DNA from: a virus
Reading direction: 5' to 3' (one strand)
Length of the DNA stretch: 64,000 nucleotides
IMG/VR virus record: IMGVR_UViG_3300026538_000054
Coordinates: 1-64,000 of that record
In this document: piece after piece, positions 10,107 to 19,735 of the stretch
How positions within the stretch are numbered: position 1 is the stretch's first letter
Layout of the letters: every line of letters starts with the position of its first letter
The notes under the pieces: generated by a model
Seen by the model: the letters and a program-made list of their open reading frames with translations, nothing else
What the model was told of the DNA's origin: nothing
The model's database searches: none
Made by a program: the position numbers and the translations under genes

Positions 10107-11423
10107 TTGGCCAAAAAGAAGCAACAAACTGATGAATCGCAGACACCCAAGGGCGCTGATTCTCTGGACGCGGTGTTCCAGGCGGCCCAGAGGGACATGC
10201 GCAAGCACTGGGGTGAGCGGCAGTACGTAGGCGGCGCGGAGGAGAGCAGGCTCTTTTGCCTGGACGCGCCCTTGGCCCTGCAATCACTGCTCGGCCTTCC
10301 GGGCCTGCCTCTGGGCAGGAGCTACGTCTTCGTCGGCGAGCCGGGCTCTTGCAAGAGCGCCGGCATGTACGAGGTCGGCCGCATCTTCAGGCGAGCAGGC
10401 GGCGGCTTCACCCTGATCGAGACCGAGAAGAAGGAGAGTGCTTCTCTTCTCAAGAGCATCTCCGGCTACGACAACCGGAGGCGAGCGGTCTACTACGCCC
10501 GGACCGTGGAGGAGTGGCAGGAGTGCGTGACCGCCAACCTCGACGCCACGCGGAAGATGCTGGCCGAGCACGACCCGCCCAGCGCCTATCCGTGGTTCTT
10601 CATCGTGGACTCGATCGGCGGCGTTACCACGGCCAGCGTCGGCGAGGCGATCGAGTCCGAAGGCGCCGCCAAGTTGGTACAGCCGCAGGCGGCCAACATT
10701 CTCAACACCTACCTGAAGCGGATGGGGCACTGGTTTGACCTGAGCCCGTTCGCCGTCGGGTTCGTGAACCACCTGAAGTTGTCCCCGGACCGCCACGGCA
10801 ACAGAAACGTGCGAAACATGCAGGGCGGCTACGCCCCGCGCTTCCACGAGTCGCTGGAGATTGAGTTTCAGCCGGTTGGCCGGCAGTTCGAGAACCGCTC
10901 ACCCGTCCACGAGCTGGGCCGACGCATCCGGCTCAAGATCTACAAGAACTCGTTGGCCGGCGAGGGGCAGCCCCTGGAAGTGGAGATGCGCTGGTACTTC
11001 GAGGAGCTAGCCGCGGGCGGCCGCATCCAGCGCACCTACTGGGACTGGGAGACCGCCCTGGTGGATCGCCTGCTGGATAGCGACTTGCCCGCCAAGGTGA
11101 GAAAGGAGATCGACGCCCTTGTTGACATCCGGCCCGTCAACAAGGGGAAGTCCGTCTCATTCGCCAGTGAGCGGCTGGGCGTGTCGGAGAAGGAGCCCGT
11201 GAGCGCCAGGAAGTTGGGTTGCCTGATCGAGGCGAACCAGGAGCTGCGCCGCGCTTTGCGGGGCCCGCTCGGTATCCAGGACCGCTTTGTTTTTCAGCCC
11301 GGTGTCGACATCGACGGGCAGAGGCGCGAGGCGGTCCAGAGGATCGTCGCCATTCCGGGCGACGGGCTTGATCTTGCGACCTTGCCCGATGACCCGCAGG
11401 GCATGGAGGGGGCCCGTGCTTGA
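10107..11423 (+). CDS. recA: RecA/UvsX-like recombinase
   Basis: GLPLGR, Walker A GEPGSCKS, IETE, IVDSIG, FVNHL, GG.A..F, KIYKN. Confidence 0.8.
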   Translation: MAKKKQQTDESQTPKGADSLDAVFQAAQRDMRKHWGERQYVGGAEESRLFCLDAPLALQSLLGLPGLPLGRSYVFVGEPGSCKSAGMYEVGRIFRRAGGGFTLIETEKKESASLLKSISGYDNRRRAVYYARTVEEWQECVTANLDATRKMLAEHDPPSAYPWFFIVDSIGGVTTASVGEAIESEGAAKLVQPQAANILNTYLKRMGHWFDLSPFAVGFVNHLKLSPDRHGNRNVRNMQGGYAPRFHESLEIEFQPVGRQFENRSPVHELGRRIRLKIYKNSLAGEGQPLEVEMRWYFEELAAGGRIQRTYWDWETALVDRLLDSDLPAKVRKEIDALVDIRPVNKGKSVSFASERLGVSEKEPVSARKLGCLIEANQELRRALRGPLGIQDRFVFQPGVDIDGQRREAVQRIVAIPGDGLDLATLPDDPQGMEGARA

Positions 11424-11970
11424 CCAGCCGCGCGAGTATGAGCCGGACGGCCCTGACCTGGGCGAGGTGCAAAAGCGATTTAGCGCCAAGCTGCGCGAGC
11501 AGCGAAAGCACCGGCTGGAGGAGTCGGTGCTCAAGCGGCTCTTCAAGCACCTGGGCCTGGAGGGCATGTCGCCCGACGTCAGGCGGCGGACCAGCGTTCT
11601 TACTGGCGTGCCCCGACTCGGTTTTGCCGCCTTCACGGATCTTTGCCCGCAGTTCCCTTTCCGGTTGGTAGCGCGCCCTACGGGCTGGTTGCACCAACTG
11701 GAGCTGACGGCCCTTCTGTCGCCCGGACTGCTGCGCTCGCGAGGGCGCTTTGACTGGGGCGATCTGCTCGACGAGAACTTCTTGCCGGGCGGCAGCCCGC
11801 CGGCCTTGGTTCTCGGCCCCTGCACGAAGGTGCCGGGCCGTGCCCTGGTGTTCACCCTGGCCAACGGCCTGGAGAGAGGACCGTGTTTTTTTCTGGGCGG
11901 CGAGAAGGAAACGCGATTCGTTCTGCGCTCTCTAATCGCCTTTCTCGACGAGATACGATCGAGTTGGTAG
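11416..11970 (+). CDS. hypothetical protein
   Basis: GTG start with GGAGG RBS overlapping recA stop. Confidence 0.55.
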   Translation: MLDQPREYEPDGPDLGEVQKRFSAKLREQRKHRLEESVLKRLFKHLGLEGMSPDVRRRTSVLTGVPRLGFAAFTDLCPQFPFRLVARPTGWLHQLELTALLSPGLLRSRGRFDWGDLLDENFLPGGSPPALVLGPCTKVPGRALVFTLANGLERGPCFFLGGEKETRFVLRSLIAFLDEIRSSW

Positions 11971-11973
11971 CTG

Positions 11974-11993
11974 ATTCTTTTCCGGAAAAGAAT
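11974..11993. promoter_or_regulatory. 20-bp palindrome ATTCTTTTCCGGAAAAGAAT; its TTTTCCGGAAAA core recurs at 21696, 32250, 37809, 56959, 61101
   Basis: six exact intergenic copies of an AT-rich 12-bp palindrome. Confidence 0.6.
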
Positions 11994-11996
11994 TGC

Positions 11997-12033
11997 CTAC
12001 CAAAGCCCTCTGTAGCGGGCTAGAAGCTGCAAA
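11997..12033 (+). repeat. solo diverged CRISPR repeat
   Basis: CTACCAAAGCCCTCTGTAGCGGGCTAGAAGCTGCAAA vs array repeat. Confidence 0.8.
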
Positions 12034-12097
12034 CGGAAAACGAACGCGCTACCAAAGACCTCTGTGTCGTCCAGGACGGCGAGGACGGAAAGCACTC

Positions 12098-13162
12098 GTG
12101 ATCGTGTCCGAACGCAAGAGAACTGGTCTGTACCTCGCCCACGAGAGACGGCTTTTCCTTGATGAGCTGCCTCGACTGGGTTGCGCTTCGGTCGTGGTCA
12201 GATCGCCAGAGGACCTCCTGCTCGACGACGCCCGGTCAGAGAGGTTTCTCAAGACACGCCGTGGTCTCTACCTGGCCCGGTCGGCCTGGGCGTCTCTGGC
12301 CAGGGCCATCCAGCCAGGGCTGAGGCGTCGACTTGAGAGGTTGAGACGGCCCGTCACGCCCAAGGACTGCCTCTTGCGTCGTGGCCGTTCTGAGCTGTTC
12401 CTCAAGGTCTGGAACGACGCGATTAGGTCGCACTTCGCCAACGTCAAGGGGCGCAGCCTCCTGGTCCGGCACGGCCAGGCCCTGACGTCCGTTTCAAACG
12501 ACTACGTCCTTCTGAGCCCCTGGGAGCTGTGGTCGTCCCTGGATGAGCAGGCGGAGCGGCTGGGCCTTTCTTTCTTCGCCGCCTCCCTGACGGGCGTCGA
12601 TCGGCTCTTCTACTGGGCTGCGCCTGAGCAGGGCGAGGACGGGCCGCAGGTCGTTTTTTGCTGCCGCGACGCGCCGAGCGCTCCCTGGAGGGCGATTACG
12701 CTGTGTTACGGTTTGCGGCCCGGCGGTGGTTCTCCCGCGGCTTGCGCGCTTGGCCAGTGGCCCACGGTTGCCGTGCCGCATGATCATCGTTTGAAGTCGA
12801 TCCTGCCGGGCGCTGCGGGCATGCTCGAGCGACCGACTGTGGACGACCTGCCTTCCAGGCTTGAGCGCCTGCAGGGGCAGACGTTCCAACCGTCCCGACG
12901 ATCGGGCCGAAGGCTTCTTCAGTCCTTGACGGGCGCGGGCCCGCTGTATCGACTGGCGCTGGGCCGAGCCTGCGACTGGCTGTGTCGCTCGCCGGCCTTT
13001 CGAGGCGAGGCCGACCTGGAGGACTGCTTTTCTGCGCTTCTGTCTCTGGCGGAACGGGCCGGCGGCAGAGCGCGTTTCCTGTACGAGAGGACGGCCGGCA
13101 AGGTGTTGGCCTCCTGCAACCCAATGGAGGGTGTACCGTGCCTAGAAAGAAGCAGACCATGA
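12098..13162 (+). CDS. hypothetical protein, weak DUF932-like resemblance
   Basis: ORF; SVSNDYVLLSPWEL segment. Confidence 0.45.
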   Translation: MIVSERKRTGLYLAHERRLFLDELPRLGCASVVVRSPEDLLLDDARSERFLKTRRGLYLARSAWASLARAIQPGLRRRLERLRRPVTPKDCLLRRGRSELFLKVWNDAIRSHFANVKGRSLLVRHGQALTSVSNDYVLLSPWELWSSLDEQAERLGLSFFAASLTGVDRLFYWAAPEQGEDGPQVVFCCRDAPSAPWRAITLCYGLRPGGGSPAACALGQWPTVAVPHDHRLKSILPGAAGMLERPTVDDLPSRLERLQGQTFQPSRRSGRRLLQSLTGAGPLYRLALGRACDWLCRSPAFRGEADLEDCFSALLSLAERAGGRARFLYERTAGKVLASCNPMEGVPCLERSRP

Positions 13163-13983
13163 GCGAGGCGGACCGCCTCAGGCTCGTGGAGCAGTTGACC
13201 CGGGAGCAACAAGAGAAGCTCGACGTTTTGACCGGTCTGGAGGCGGAGAAGAACGCCGGCGAGCTCCGTACCACCTGGTTGTTCGGGCGTGAGCTGGTGG
13301 AGTGCCTGGACGAACACGACAGCGGGCAGTCGTTCATCGAGATCGTGGCCAAGATCGTGGGCTGCGGCCCGGCCATGCTGCGCAAGCGCATCCACTTCGC
13401 CCAGCGCTTCGACGACGAGGAGATCGCCGCTCTCCTCAAGCTCAAGCGGTCCGGCTCCGGCGCCCCCCTCGAGTGGAGTCACGTGGTCCAGGTCCTGCCC
13501 ATCGAGGACAAGGACCAGCGCTGGAACCTGCTACTCACGGCCGCTTCGCAGGGCTGGTCGTCGAAGCGCTTCAAGACCGAGGTGGCCGCGGTCATCCCGA
13601 AGGAGAGGCGCCGCCCCAACAAGGGCCGAACGCCCGAGGTCCCGAAGGAGGTCGACGGAAAGATCTCGGACATCCAGGACCACCTGACGACCTGGACCAA
13701 ACGGGCCGCCCTGTGGGCCGACGAGAAACAGGGCCTGTTGGCGGCCGTGATCAAAGAGCCGGTCGAGCGGCTGAAAGAGGGCTGGGGCGCCAAGCTCACC
13801 AGTATCGCGGCGCAGGCCGAGGCGTTGGAGGGCGTGCTCAGGATGGTGCGAGACCACGCCGTTGAGTCCAAACGACTGCTGGACAAGGCCCTGTCGGATG
13901 GCGCCGCCACCGGGCCCGAAGAGCCCGAGGACAAGGACCCTGTCTCGGCGGACGAGTCGGTCCTTCAGGGCATGTTCTCGTGA
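13138..13983 (+). CDS. DNA-binding protein, DUF1016/YhcG N-terminal-like
   Basis: LEWSHVVQVL.IEDKDQR..LL..A..QGWS pattern. Confidence 0.5.
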   Translation: MPRKKQTMSEADRLRLVEQLTREQQEKLDVLTGLEAEKNAGELRTTWLFGRELVECLDEHDSGQSFIEIVAKIVGCGPAMLRKRIHFAQRFDDEEIAALLKLKRSGSGAPLEWSHVVQVLPIEDKDQRWNLLLTAASQGWSSKRFKTEVAAVIPKERRRPNKGRTPEVPKEVDGKISDIQDHLTTWTKRAALWADEKQGLLAAVIKEPVERLKEGWGAKLTSIAAQAEALEGVLRMVRDHAVESKRLLDKALSDGAATGPEEPEDKDPVSADESVLQGMFS

Positions 13984-13998
13984 GGAGGCACTTTCTTT

Positions 13999-14382
13999 AT
14001 GCGATTTGAGGCGTCCTTCGTGGACGTTGAAGCAGCGCTGAAGGCCGGCGAGAAGCCGGCCGACATCATCACCAGCAGGCCGAGCGCGTGGAAGAGCCTG
14101 ACGTCGCCCGTGCCCCTTGACGGGGCTCCGTTGAAGGATGGTCAACTGGGCGACAACTTGGGCGAAGCGGCGCGGGTGCCGCTCTTCCCTTACCTCACGC
14201 GCTTCGACCCGGCCTCCGCCCTGGCCTTCGCTTTTCAGATGGGGCTGGTGGTTGCCAAGCTCGCCCCTGGAGCGAAGGCCTGCCGGGTGTCTCTTGGCCA
14301 GATCGTTCAGGCCCTGCCGCCAGAGGGCGGACAGGGCCCGATGTTCCGGTTCTGGATGGGCGTCGCCCTGGAGATGACCTGA
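13999..14382 (+). CDS. hypothetical protein
   Basis: GGAGG RBS, ORF. Confidence 0.6.
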   Translation: MRFEASFVDVEAALKAGEKPADIITSRPSAWKSLTSPVPLDGAPLKDGQLGDNLGEAARVPLFPYLTRFDPASALAFAFQMGLVVAKLAPGAKACRVSLGQIVQALPPEGGQGPMFRFWMGVALEMT

Positions 14383-14404
14383 TGGCCGTATCGCTCAACA
14401 GGAA

Positions 14405-14441
14405 GTCGCAGCATTGAGCCCGCCGCAGAGGGCTTTGATAC
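14405..14441 (-). repeat. solo diverged CRISPR repeat
   Basis: reverse complement GTATCAAAGCCCTCTGCGGCGGGCTCAATGCTGCGAC. Confidence 0.85.
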
Positions 14442-14513
14442 GGTGTCCAGCTTACCACCTGTGGTGCCGGTCAAGTCGGTAAGAGACCTACGAGAAAAGG
14501 GATTGAAACAAGC

Positions 14514-15374
14514 ATGGCTGGGTACTCAGTCAAGAAGGTGCTCGCTATCAGGGACAAGCTCGTCTCCGAGTGGCTGACCGTCGCGGATGGCCACGCGATG
14601 GTTGGCGACGTCTTTCTTGACCTGGTCGCCGTCGCCAAGGAAGTCCTGCCCGGCGGGCCCTTCACCGACGTCCTGCGCCGATCCATGGTCGACCTTCTGG
14701 GCCGTACCGCGGACAAGCAGACCTTTCGCGCAGTCGCCTGGAGGCTGGCCGGCAACCATGAGAGACTTGCCCGCGGGGTGGCCGCCTTGCCCTGGCGAGG
14801 GCAGCGGCACAGGGAATGGTGCCCGTCTCGGTGCGTCCTGGTGGAGGCGACCAGGAAGACCGATAGGAGAAAGGAAGGCGCGGTCCTGACCTGGGAAGTG
14901 CTGGCAGGCACGCCAGCCGGCAGGAAGGTCGGGCGTTACTTCTCCCTGGCTGCGCTGGCCCATTCGAGAAGAGAGTGGGGCTTCGCCAAAAGGCGCGTAC
15001 GGCCGGAGAACCATCCGCCCGAAAAGCCGTTTCTGACCTACGAGCGACCCGAGCAACTCTTTGGCCTGAGGGTCCTGTTGCTCTTTGAGCCCTTGACGTC
15101 GACCCTGGAGTCGCCTGTGCCGGCGGCCATCAAGGGAACGCAGTCCCTCCTGAAGTTCAACAGGCCGCTCCTCGCCATGAGAGCTCGCTACGGTTTCGTC
15201 TGCCCGGAGGGATTCAGTCACCCCTGCCACGTCTGCCCACGCGGTCTTGACGCCTGCCCCGTCGCCTGCCGTCTTCGCAGTTGCGACAGGCGTATCTGCC
15301 CGCAGTGCTCCAGGGAGAGCTGGGTGGCGCCGGACCGGCCGCAGGCTTGCCTCGTTTGTCTTTCAAAGGGATAG
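14514..15374 (+). CDS. hypothetical protein with Cys-rich C-terminal zinc-binding region
   Basis: multiple CxxC motifs. Confidence 0.6.
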   Translation: MAGYSVKKVLAIRDKLVSEWLTVADGHAMVGDVFLDLVAVAKEVLPGGPFTDVLRRSMVDLLGRTADKQTFRAVAWRLAGNHERLARGVAALPWRGQRHREWCPSRCVLVEATRKTDRRKEGAVLTWEVLAGTPAGRKVGRYFSLAALAHSRREWGFAKRRVRPENHPPEKPFLTYERPEQLFGLRVLLLFEPLTSTLESPVPAAIKGTQSLLKFNRPLLAMRARYGFVCPEGFSHPCHVCPRGLDACPVACRLRSCDRRICPQCSRESWVAPDRPQACLVCLSKG

Positions 15375-15378
15375 ATCC

Positions 15379-15807
15379 ATGACCTTCATGATGCCCAACA
15401 ACCTGCCTGACGGGACCAACACGAGGATCGACCCCGCTTTCAACCTGCGGTTCTTCTGGCCCAGTGTGGCCAAGAGGCTCATGGACGTCACGGCCAAGGA
15501 GCTGGAGGCGGGGACCATGAGCATGACCGAGGCGAGGGCCACGGCCGCCTTCTGCGGTTTCGCCGCCTGTTGCCTCGACCCGAACCAGGGGTCGCCGGAG
15601 CAAGCGGCGCATTCGTCTGGCTTTCTGTTTTTTGACAAAAGGATCAGAGACGCCGTCCTGGCTCGGTTCGGTCAGATCATGACCGCTTCTCTCTGGTGGC
15701 CCCTGAGAGAAGGCACCCTGCAGGGTGAGTGCCCCGTGGACATCAAAGGCCTTTCTCGTATGAGCGAGAACCTGTTCAACATGCTTTCCGGGAAGGTGAA
15801 GCCTTGA
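15379..15807 (+). CDS. hypothetical protein
   Basis: ORF in operon. Confidence 0.55.
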   Translation: MTFMMPNNLPDGTNTRIDPAFNLRFFWPSVAKRLMDVTAKELEAGTMSMTEARATAAFCGFAACCLDPNQGSPEQAAHSSGFLFFDKRIRDAVLARFGQIMTASLWWPLREGTLQGECPVDIKGLSRMSENLFNMLSGKVKP

Positions 15808-16385
15808 GCAACGACTTCCGGCTTGGCTCGTTCGTTCTCGGCGTGGACCCTGGCAAGGACGGCGGCGTCGCCGCACTTCTCCTGGCGGGTGAACCGATGA
15901 TGACGGTCACCGCCATGCCCACACTGGGCAAGTCTGCCGGCGCTGAGATGGACATCCGCGAGCTCAAGCACTGGCTTGACTCCCTGGTCCTGACAGGTTT
16001 TCTCCAGTTGTCTCTGGTCTGCATCGAGAAGCAGTCGTCCAGGCCCCAGCAGAGCTCCACGGCCATGGGCACTTTCTTGCGCGGCTACGGCGAGCTCCTG
16101 GGCGCTTTCAAATGGGCCGGCGCCCCTTTGGTCTTGGCCACGCCTCAGGACTGGAAGGATGACGTCCTGCGTGGGACCAAGAAGGAAAAGGACGACGCGG
16201 TAGCGTATGTGAAGAGGCGCTGGCCTGCGCTGTCTCTCCTCGCCACCGAGAAGTCACGATCGCCTCATGATGGAATGGCCGAGGCCGTCTGCATCGCCGA
16301 ACACGCCCGCACGCTTCTTCTGGGCGGTGGCAAGTCACCAAGAACGAACAAGAAGAACAAGAAAGACGAAGGAGAAGGTCCGTGA
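15804..16385 (+). CDS. RuvC-like Holliday junction resolvase
   Basis: GVDPGKDG, CIEKQ, TPQDWK, DGMAEA. Confidence 0.8.
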   Translation: MSNDFRLGSFVLGVDPGKDGGVAALLLAGEPMMTVTAMPTLGKSAGAEMDIRELKHWLDSLVLTGFLQLSLVCIEKQSSRPQQSSTAMGTFLRGYGELLGAFKWAGAPLVLATPQDWKDDVLRGTKKEKDDAVAYVKRRWPALSLLATEKSRSPHDGMAEAVCIAEHARTLLLGGGKSPRTNKKNKKDEGEGP

Positions 16386-17002
16386 TACGCAAGCCTGGCT
16401 ACGGGCCAATGGAGAAAGTCAGGGCAGTGCCCCTTCAGGCGCTCAGGCCCGGCGTCGTTTGTCTGGCCGATCTCGCCTGCGAGTACGCGCTGTTTCACCA
16501 CGGGCTATTCTTCACCAAGGGGCATTTGCTCAGGGACCCCATGAGCGACTTCCTTGCCGTCCAGAAGAGGCCCGTCAAGGCCTTTTACATCGATCTGCCA
16601 GCCAAGCTGGTGTCCGGTACGGACGACATCTACGACCGGCGCGTTTTCGGCGTGGAGCTCCCGGCCTGGTCGGCGGTGTTGTCGTTTCTCGGCACCGTCG
16701 CCGCTCTGGGCAGAAAGCAAGGTCGTTACTGGCGCTCCGCCTTGCAGGTGCTCTCCTGCCCCGACCCTCTGGACAAACGCGATGGCCCGCCGTCCGTCGT
16801 CGCCATCTACCTCTTCGGCATCGACGGCCACGACGCCGCCTGGGGCTATTTGCCCGGGCCCAGAGGATCGCCACCTATGGCCTCAAGCGCTCCTCCTCGA
16901 CCCGACACCGTTCGGCTTGCCAAGAGGTTGATCGCGGGCGAGAACGATCCCTTCCAGGAAGACGAGCAGGAAGAGGCTGCCAAGGAGAAAGAGAAGTCAT
17001 GA
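16382..17002 (+). CDS. hypothetical protein
   Basis: GTGA overlap with resolvase. Confidence 0.55.
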   Translation: MIRKPGYGPMEKVRAVPLQALRPGVVCLADLACEYALFHHGLFFTKGHLLRDPMSDFLAVQKRPVKAFYIDLPAKLVSGTDDIYDRRVFGVELPAWSAVLSFLGTVAALGRKQGRYWRSALQVLSCPDPLDKRDGPPSVVAIYLFGIDGHDAAWGYLPGPRGSPPMASSAPPRPDTVRLAKRLIAGENDPFQEDEQEEAAKEKEKS

Positions 17003-17346
17003 GTAACAGTGCCGCCACCGGTGTCAAGTACCACGCCGTGTTCGTCCCCGACGGCTCACCGCCTGTTGTCACCGAGACGGACGAGCTCCAGTCGGCCCTG
17101 TCAGCCCTGGGCGCCTCCCTCTCCGGCGAGCAGAGGGGCTGGGCGTATCTTTTCAAGGGGGAGAGGATCTACCTCACGGGCGGCGAGCGGCCGTTCGCTC
17201 TCACCCCTGACGGCCCCTCCTTGCCGCTTCTGCCCGAGCCCGCCCCCGAGCAACTTGCTCCTTCCGGCAGGGTCGGCGACGACAAGGCTGACCCTGCCTA
17301 CGCGGCCTTGACACCAGCTTTTTCCTCGCCGCCCAATACACCTTAA
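16999..17346 (+). CDS. hypothetical protein
   Basis: ATGA overlap. Confidence 0.55.
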   Translation: MSNSAATGVKYHAVFVPDGSPPVVTETDELQSALSALGASLSGEQRGWAYLFKGERIYLTGGERPFALTPDGPSLPLLPEPAPEQLAPSGRVGDDKADPAYAALTPAFSSPPNTP

Positions 17347-17360
17347 TTTCTACCTACTAG

Positions 17361-17380
17361 GTGTCAATATTTCTTGCCGC
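17361..17380 (+). promoter_or_regulatory. conserved upstream motif GTGTCAATATYTCTTGCCGC (also 42103-42122 minus, 47056-47068 minus partial, 58555-58574, 62041-62060)
   Basis: near-identical 20-mers, each pointing into a gene start. Confidence 0.6.
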
Positions 17381-17446
17381 CATTTAGCAGGGCCTACCGT
17401 GTCGCAACGGTAGGCCTCTTTCGTTTTTAGGTGATGGAGGAGGAAC

Positions 17447-17656
17447 ATGGACCGGTTGATTGACGGCCTGAAGGTGCAGAGGACCAGGCGTCGGCAGGAC
17501 GGCAAGGTCCTGGTCTATTTCAAGGCTGAGCCAGGGCTGCCGCGCAGAGAGCCGTTGGCCCTGACGGACAGCGAGTACTCCTGTCGGCTTACTTACCTGG
17601 CCCCATCTCCTGACGACGCGGCCGACTCCTCGGCCGGTGATCTCCAGCAGTCGTAG
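17447..17656 (+). CDS. small hypothetical protein
   Basis: GGAGGAGG RBS. Confidence 0.55.
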   Translation: MDRLIDGLKVQRTRRRQDGKVLVYFKAEPGLPRREPLALTDSEYSCRLTYLAPSPDDAADSSAGDLQQS

Positions 17657-17716
17657 AGGCGCGATACGATCGCGTCTGTTGCGTCTGGGTTCGTTTCTTT
17701 TTACGGAGGTGAGAAC

Positions 17717-19060
17717 GTGATGCTTACTGACTTGAACATCGAGAACGCGACGACCAGGCTCGAGTCGATGCCTACGGCGCAGGCCGCGACCGGCGGCACG
17801 CTGGCTGACTCCTTGGCCCGCGGCCGCGCCTTGCCGGGCGATGAGTGGCCCCTGGCGCCCGATGACGTTCTGGCCGGTCTCCTGGTCGAGTCGGGCTTGC
17901 GCCCGAGGGCCTCGGGGCTGCAGCACGACGGTTTGTTAATAGCGGCCCGGGCGCGATTCAAGGAGCTCGTGTGCGAGCTGCCGCCCGTTCTCCAGAGGCG
18001 GCTGGACCACGTCTGGCTCGCCGCGCGCGGTTCCCGCGCCGATTATCTGGCCGCCAACTACGTCGCCGTGACGTTCGCCTCGGGCTCTCGCAGCGCGCCG
18101 TTTGCGCCGTGCGGCTGGATGAACGGGCTGGCTGCGGACGAGCTGGCGGTCGCTCTGCGCTCCACTTCCGACGGCTGGTCCGAGGACCGGCAGCGGCTGG
18201 GCCAGGCCTGGTGCCCGCTCCAGCACGCCCGTGCCCTGGTGGTGAGCCGTCGTCGCTGGGCGGGCTCCGGCGGCAAGGCCTCCTGGCGGCTGGACGTCTT
18301 CGGGTTGTGGCAAGACGAGGGCGGCAATTTGCGCATCGGCGGTCACGAGCCGCTGGACCACGACCACTACAAGGACCACCACTATTTCCGGGCCGATGTG
18401 GGAGGCACGGCCCCGACCCCGGCTTACGACCCGCTACAGCTCGTCACCCGTTATCAGGCTTGCTACCAGCAGGCCCTGGACATGCTCTTCCACCTGGAGC
18501 TGACCGGCTCCTACAACGTCCGCGCCCGGAAGTGTCTGAGCTGGCCGCGTATCGCCCTGGGCCTGCCTGCGGGCGAGCACGAAGGGCACGCGGAAAAGGC
18601 CAGGGGCGAAGGCCTCTTCCTGGGGCTGGCCGCCTGGGCCGACAGGCGACTGACTGGCGATCTGCGGGAGAGCGTGGACGAGCCCTCCCATCTCCTGTCG
18701 TCTTTCTACGGTCGACTGGTCAGGAGGTGGGAGTCGGCGATTCAGGACGGCCATCGGTTGACCTCCACGGACATCGAGGCCGCCATGGGACGGGCGGCCT
18801 TCGCGGAGCTCGTACAGGCCTACAGGCGAAGCTGTCTCTTCCGCGCCGACGGGCTCGAGTGGTTGCCTGCGGACCACTATCGGCCCGGTGCCGTCCCCGA
18901 GGGCCGGCTGATGCTGGTGCTCAGGCCTGACCAGCTTGGTCAGGATGGCGACCCGCTTCTGGCCGTCTCGCAGGTCGTCCCCCTGGGCAGGCGCGGCGAG
19001 CTCCAGCCGGTCTTGTGCGGGCGCGTCGGCCGAGTCATCTACGAGATGACCGGCAAGTAA
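17717..19060 (+). CDS. hypothetical protein
   Basis: 447-aa ORF, GGAGG RBS. Confidence 0.6.
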   Translation: MMLTDLNIENATTRLESMPTAQAATGGTLADSLARGRALPGDEWPLAPDDVLAGLLVESGLRPRASGLQHDGLLIAARARFKELVCELPPVLQRRLDHVWLAARGSRADYLAANYVAVTFASGSRSAPFAPCGWMNGLAADELAVALRSTSDGWSEDRQRLGQAWCPLQHARALVVSRRRWAGSGGKASWRLDVFGLWQDEGGNLRIGGHEPLDHDHYKDHHYFRADVGGTAPTPAYDPLQLVTRYQACYQQALDMLFHLELTGSYNVRARKCLSWPRIALGLPAGEHEGHAEKARGEGLFLGLAAWADRRLTGDLRESVDEPSHLLSSFYGRLVRRWESAIQDGHRLTSTDIEAAMGRAAFAELVQAYRRSCLFRADGLEWLPADHYRPGAVPEGRLMLVLRPDQLGQDGDPLLAVSQVVPLGRRGELQPVLCGRVGRVIYEMTGK

Positions 19061-19141
19061 GCTCCGGCGTAGCTCAGTGGCTCAAGTGGCGTTGGTGCCT
19101 ATCGGTTATCATGCTCGGCCGTACCAGAGGCCGAGGCCGTT

Positions 19142-19735
19142 ATGAGCGAAGGCGCCTATATCGTCGGCAAGAATGGCGATAGCGATAAGCCACCACGGAT
19201 CGTCATCAACCCTGACTTCGACGGCGGCAAGGAGACCATGCCCTCCCGCCCTGTTGTCAGGGACGTTCCTATCGCCTCAACGCCTCAGGGCCGTTCGGGC
19301 GGGCTTAACGCCGGAACGGCCGTCACGGCCGAGGCCTTTGCAAGCCCGCGCGGGCCTTTGCCGTCGCGCGAGCCGGCCCCTCTTCCCGCTGCCCCTATCG
19401 CTTCTCCACCGCCGGCCAAGAAGCATGTTCGCGTCACCTTTGAGCGAGAAGGCAGGGACGGTCGCCCCGGCGATGTCGTCGAGGCCGTCTTCCACGAGGT
19501 GGTCATCCACGACGACGGGCTTTTCCTCACTCTGGTTTATGACCACGAGGGCGGCTCACAGTTCGTCTACCGTCCGGCCTTTACGGACGAGGCGCTGGCC
19601 GTTTGCGTCCACGGCGAGGACAACCGGCCCGATCGCGTCTTCCTTTGCTTCGCTACGGGCTACCGACTACGACATGGTCGGTTCGAGTATCAAGCCTTGA
19701 CGATTGGCGACGGGGCCCTGGTGGAGGGCCGGTAA
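19142..19735 (+). CDS. hypothetical protein
   Basis: ORF translationally coupled to portal-like gene (TAATG). Confidence 0.6.
   Translation: MSEGAYIVGKNGDSDKPPRIVINPDFDGGKETMPSRPVVRDVPIASTPQGRSGGLNAGTAVTAEAFASPRGPLPSREPAPLPAAPIASPPPAKKHVRVTFEREGRDGRPGDVVEAVFHEVVIHDDGLFLTLVYDHEGGSQFVYRPAFTDEALAVCVHGEDNRPDRVFLCFATGYRLRHGRFEYQALTIGDGALVEGR

Noticed and set aside
15889-15900. Target of the 56858-56893 mini-array spacer
   Set aside because: 12-nt match only; compatible with chance.
19063-19080. tRNA gene (TCCGGCGTAGCTCAGTGG)
   Set aside because: Only a 5'-like fragment; no anticodon arm, T-loop or acceptor complement follows.
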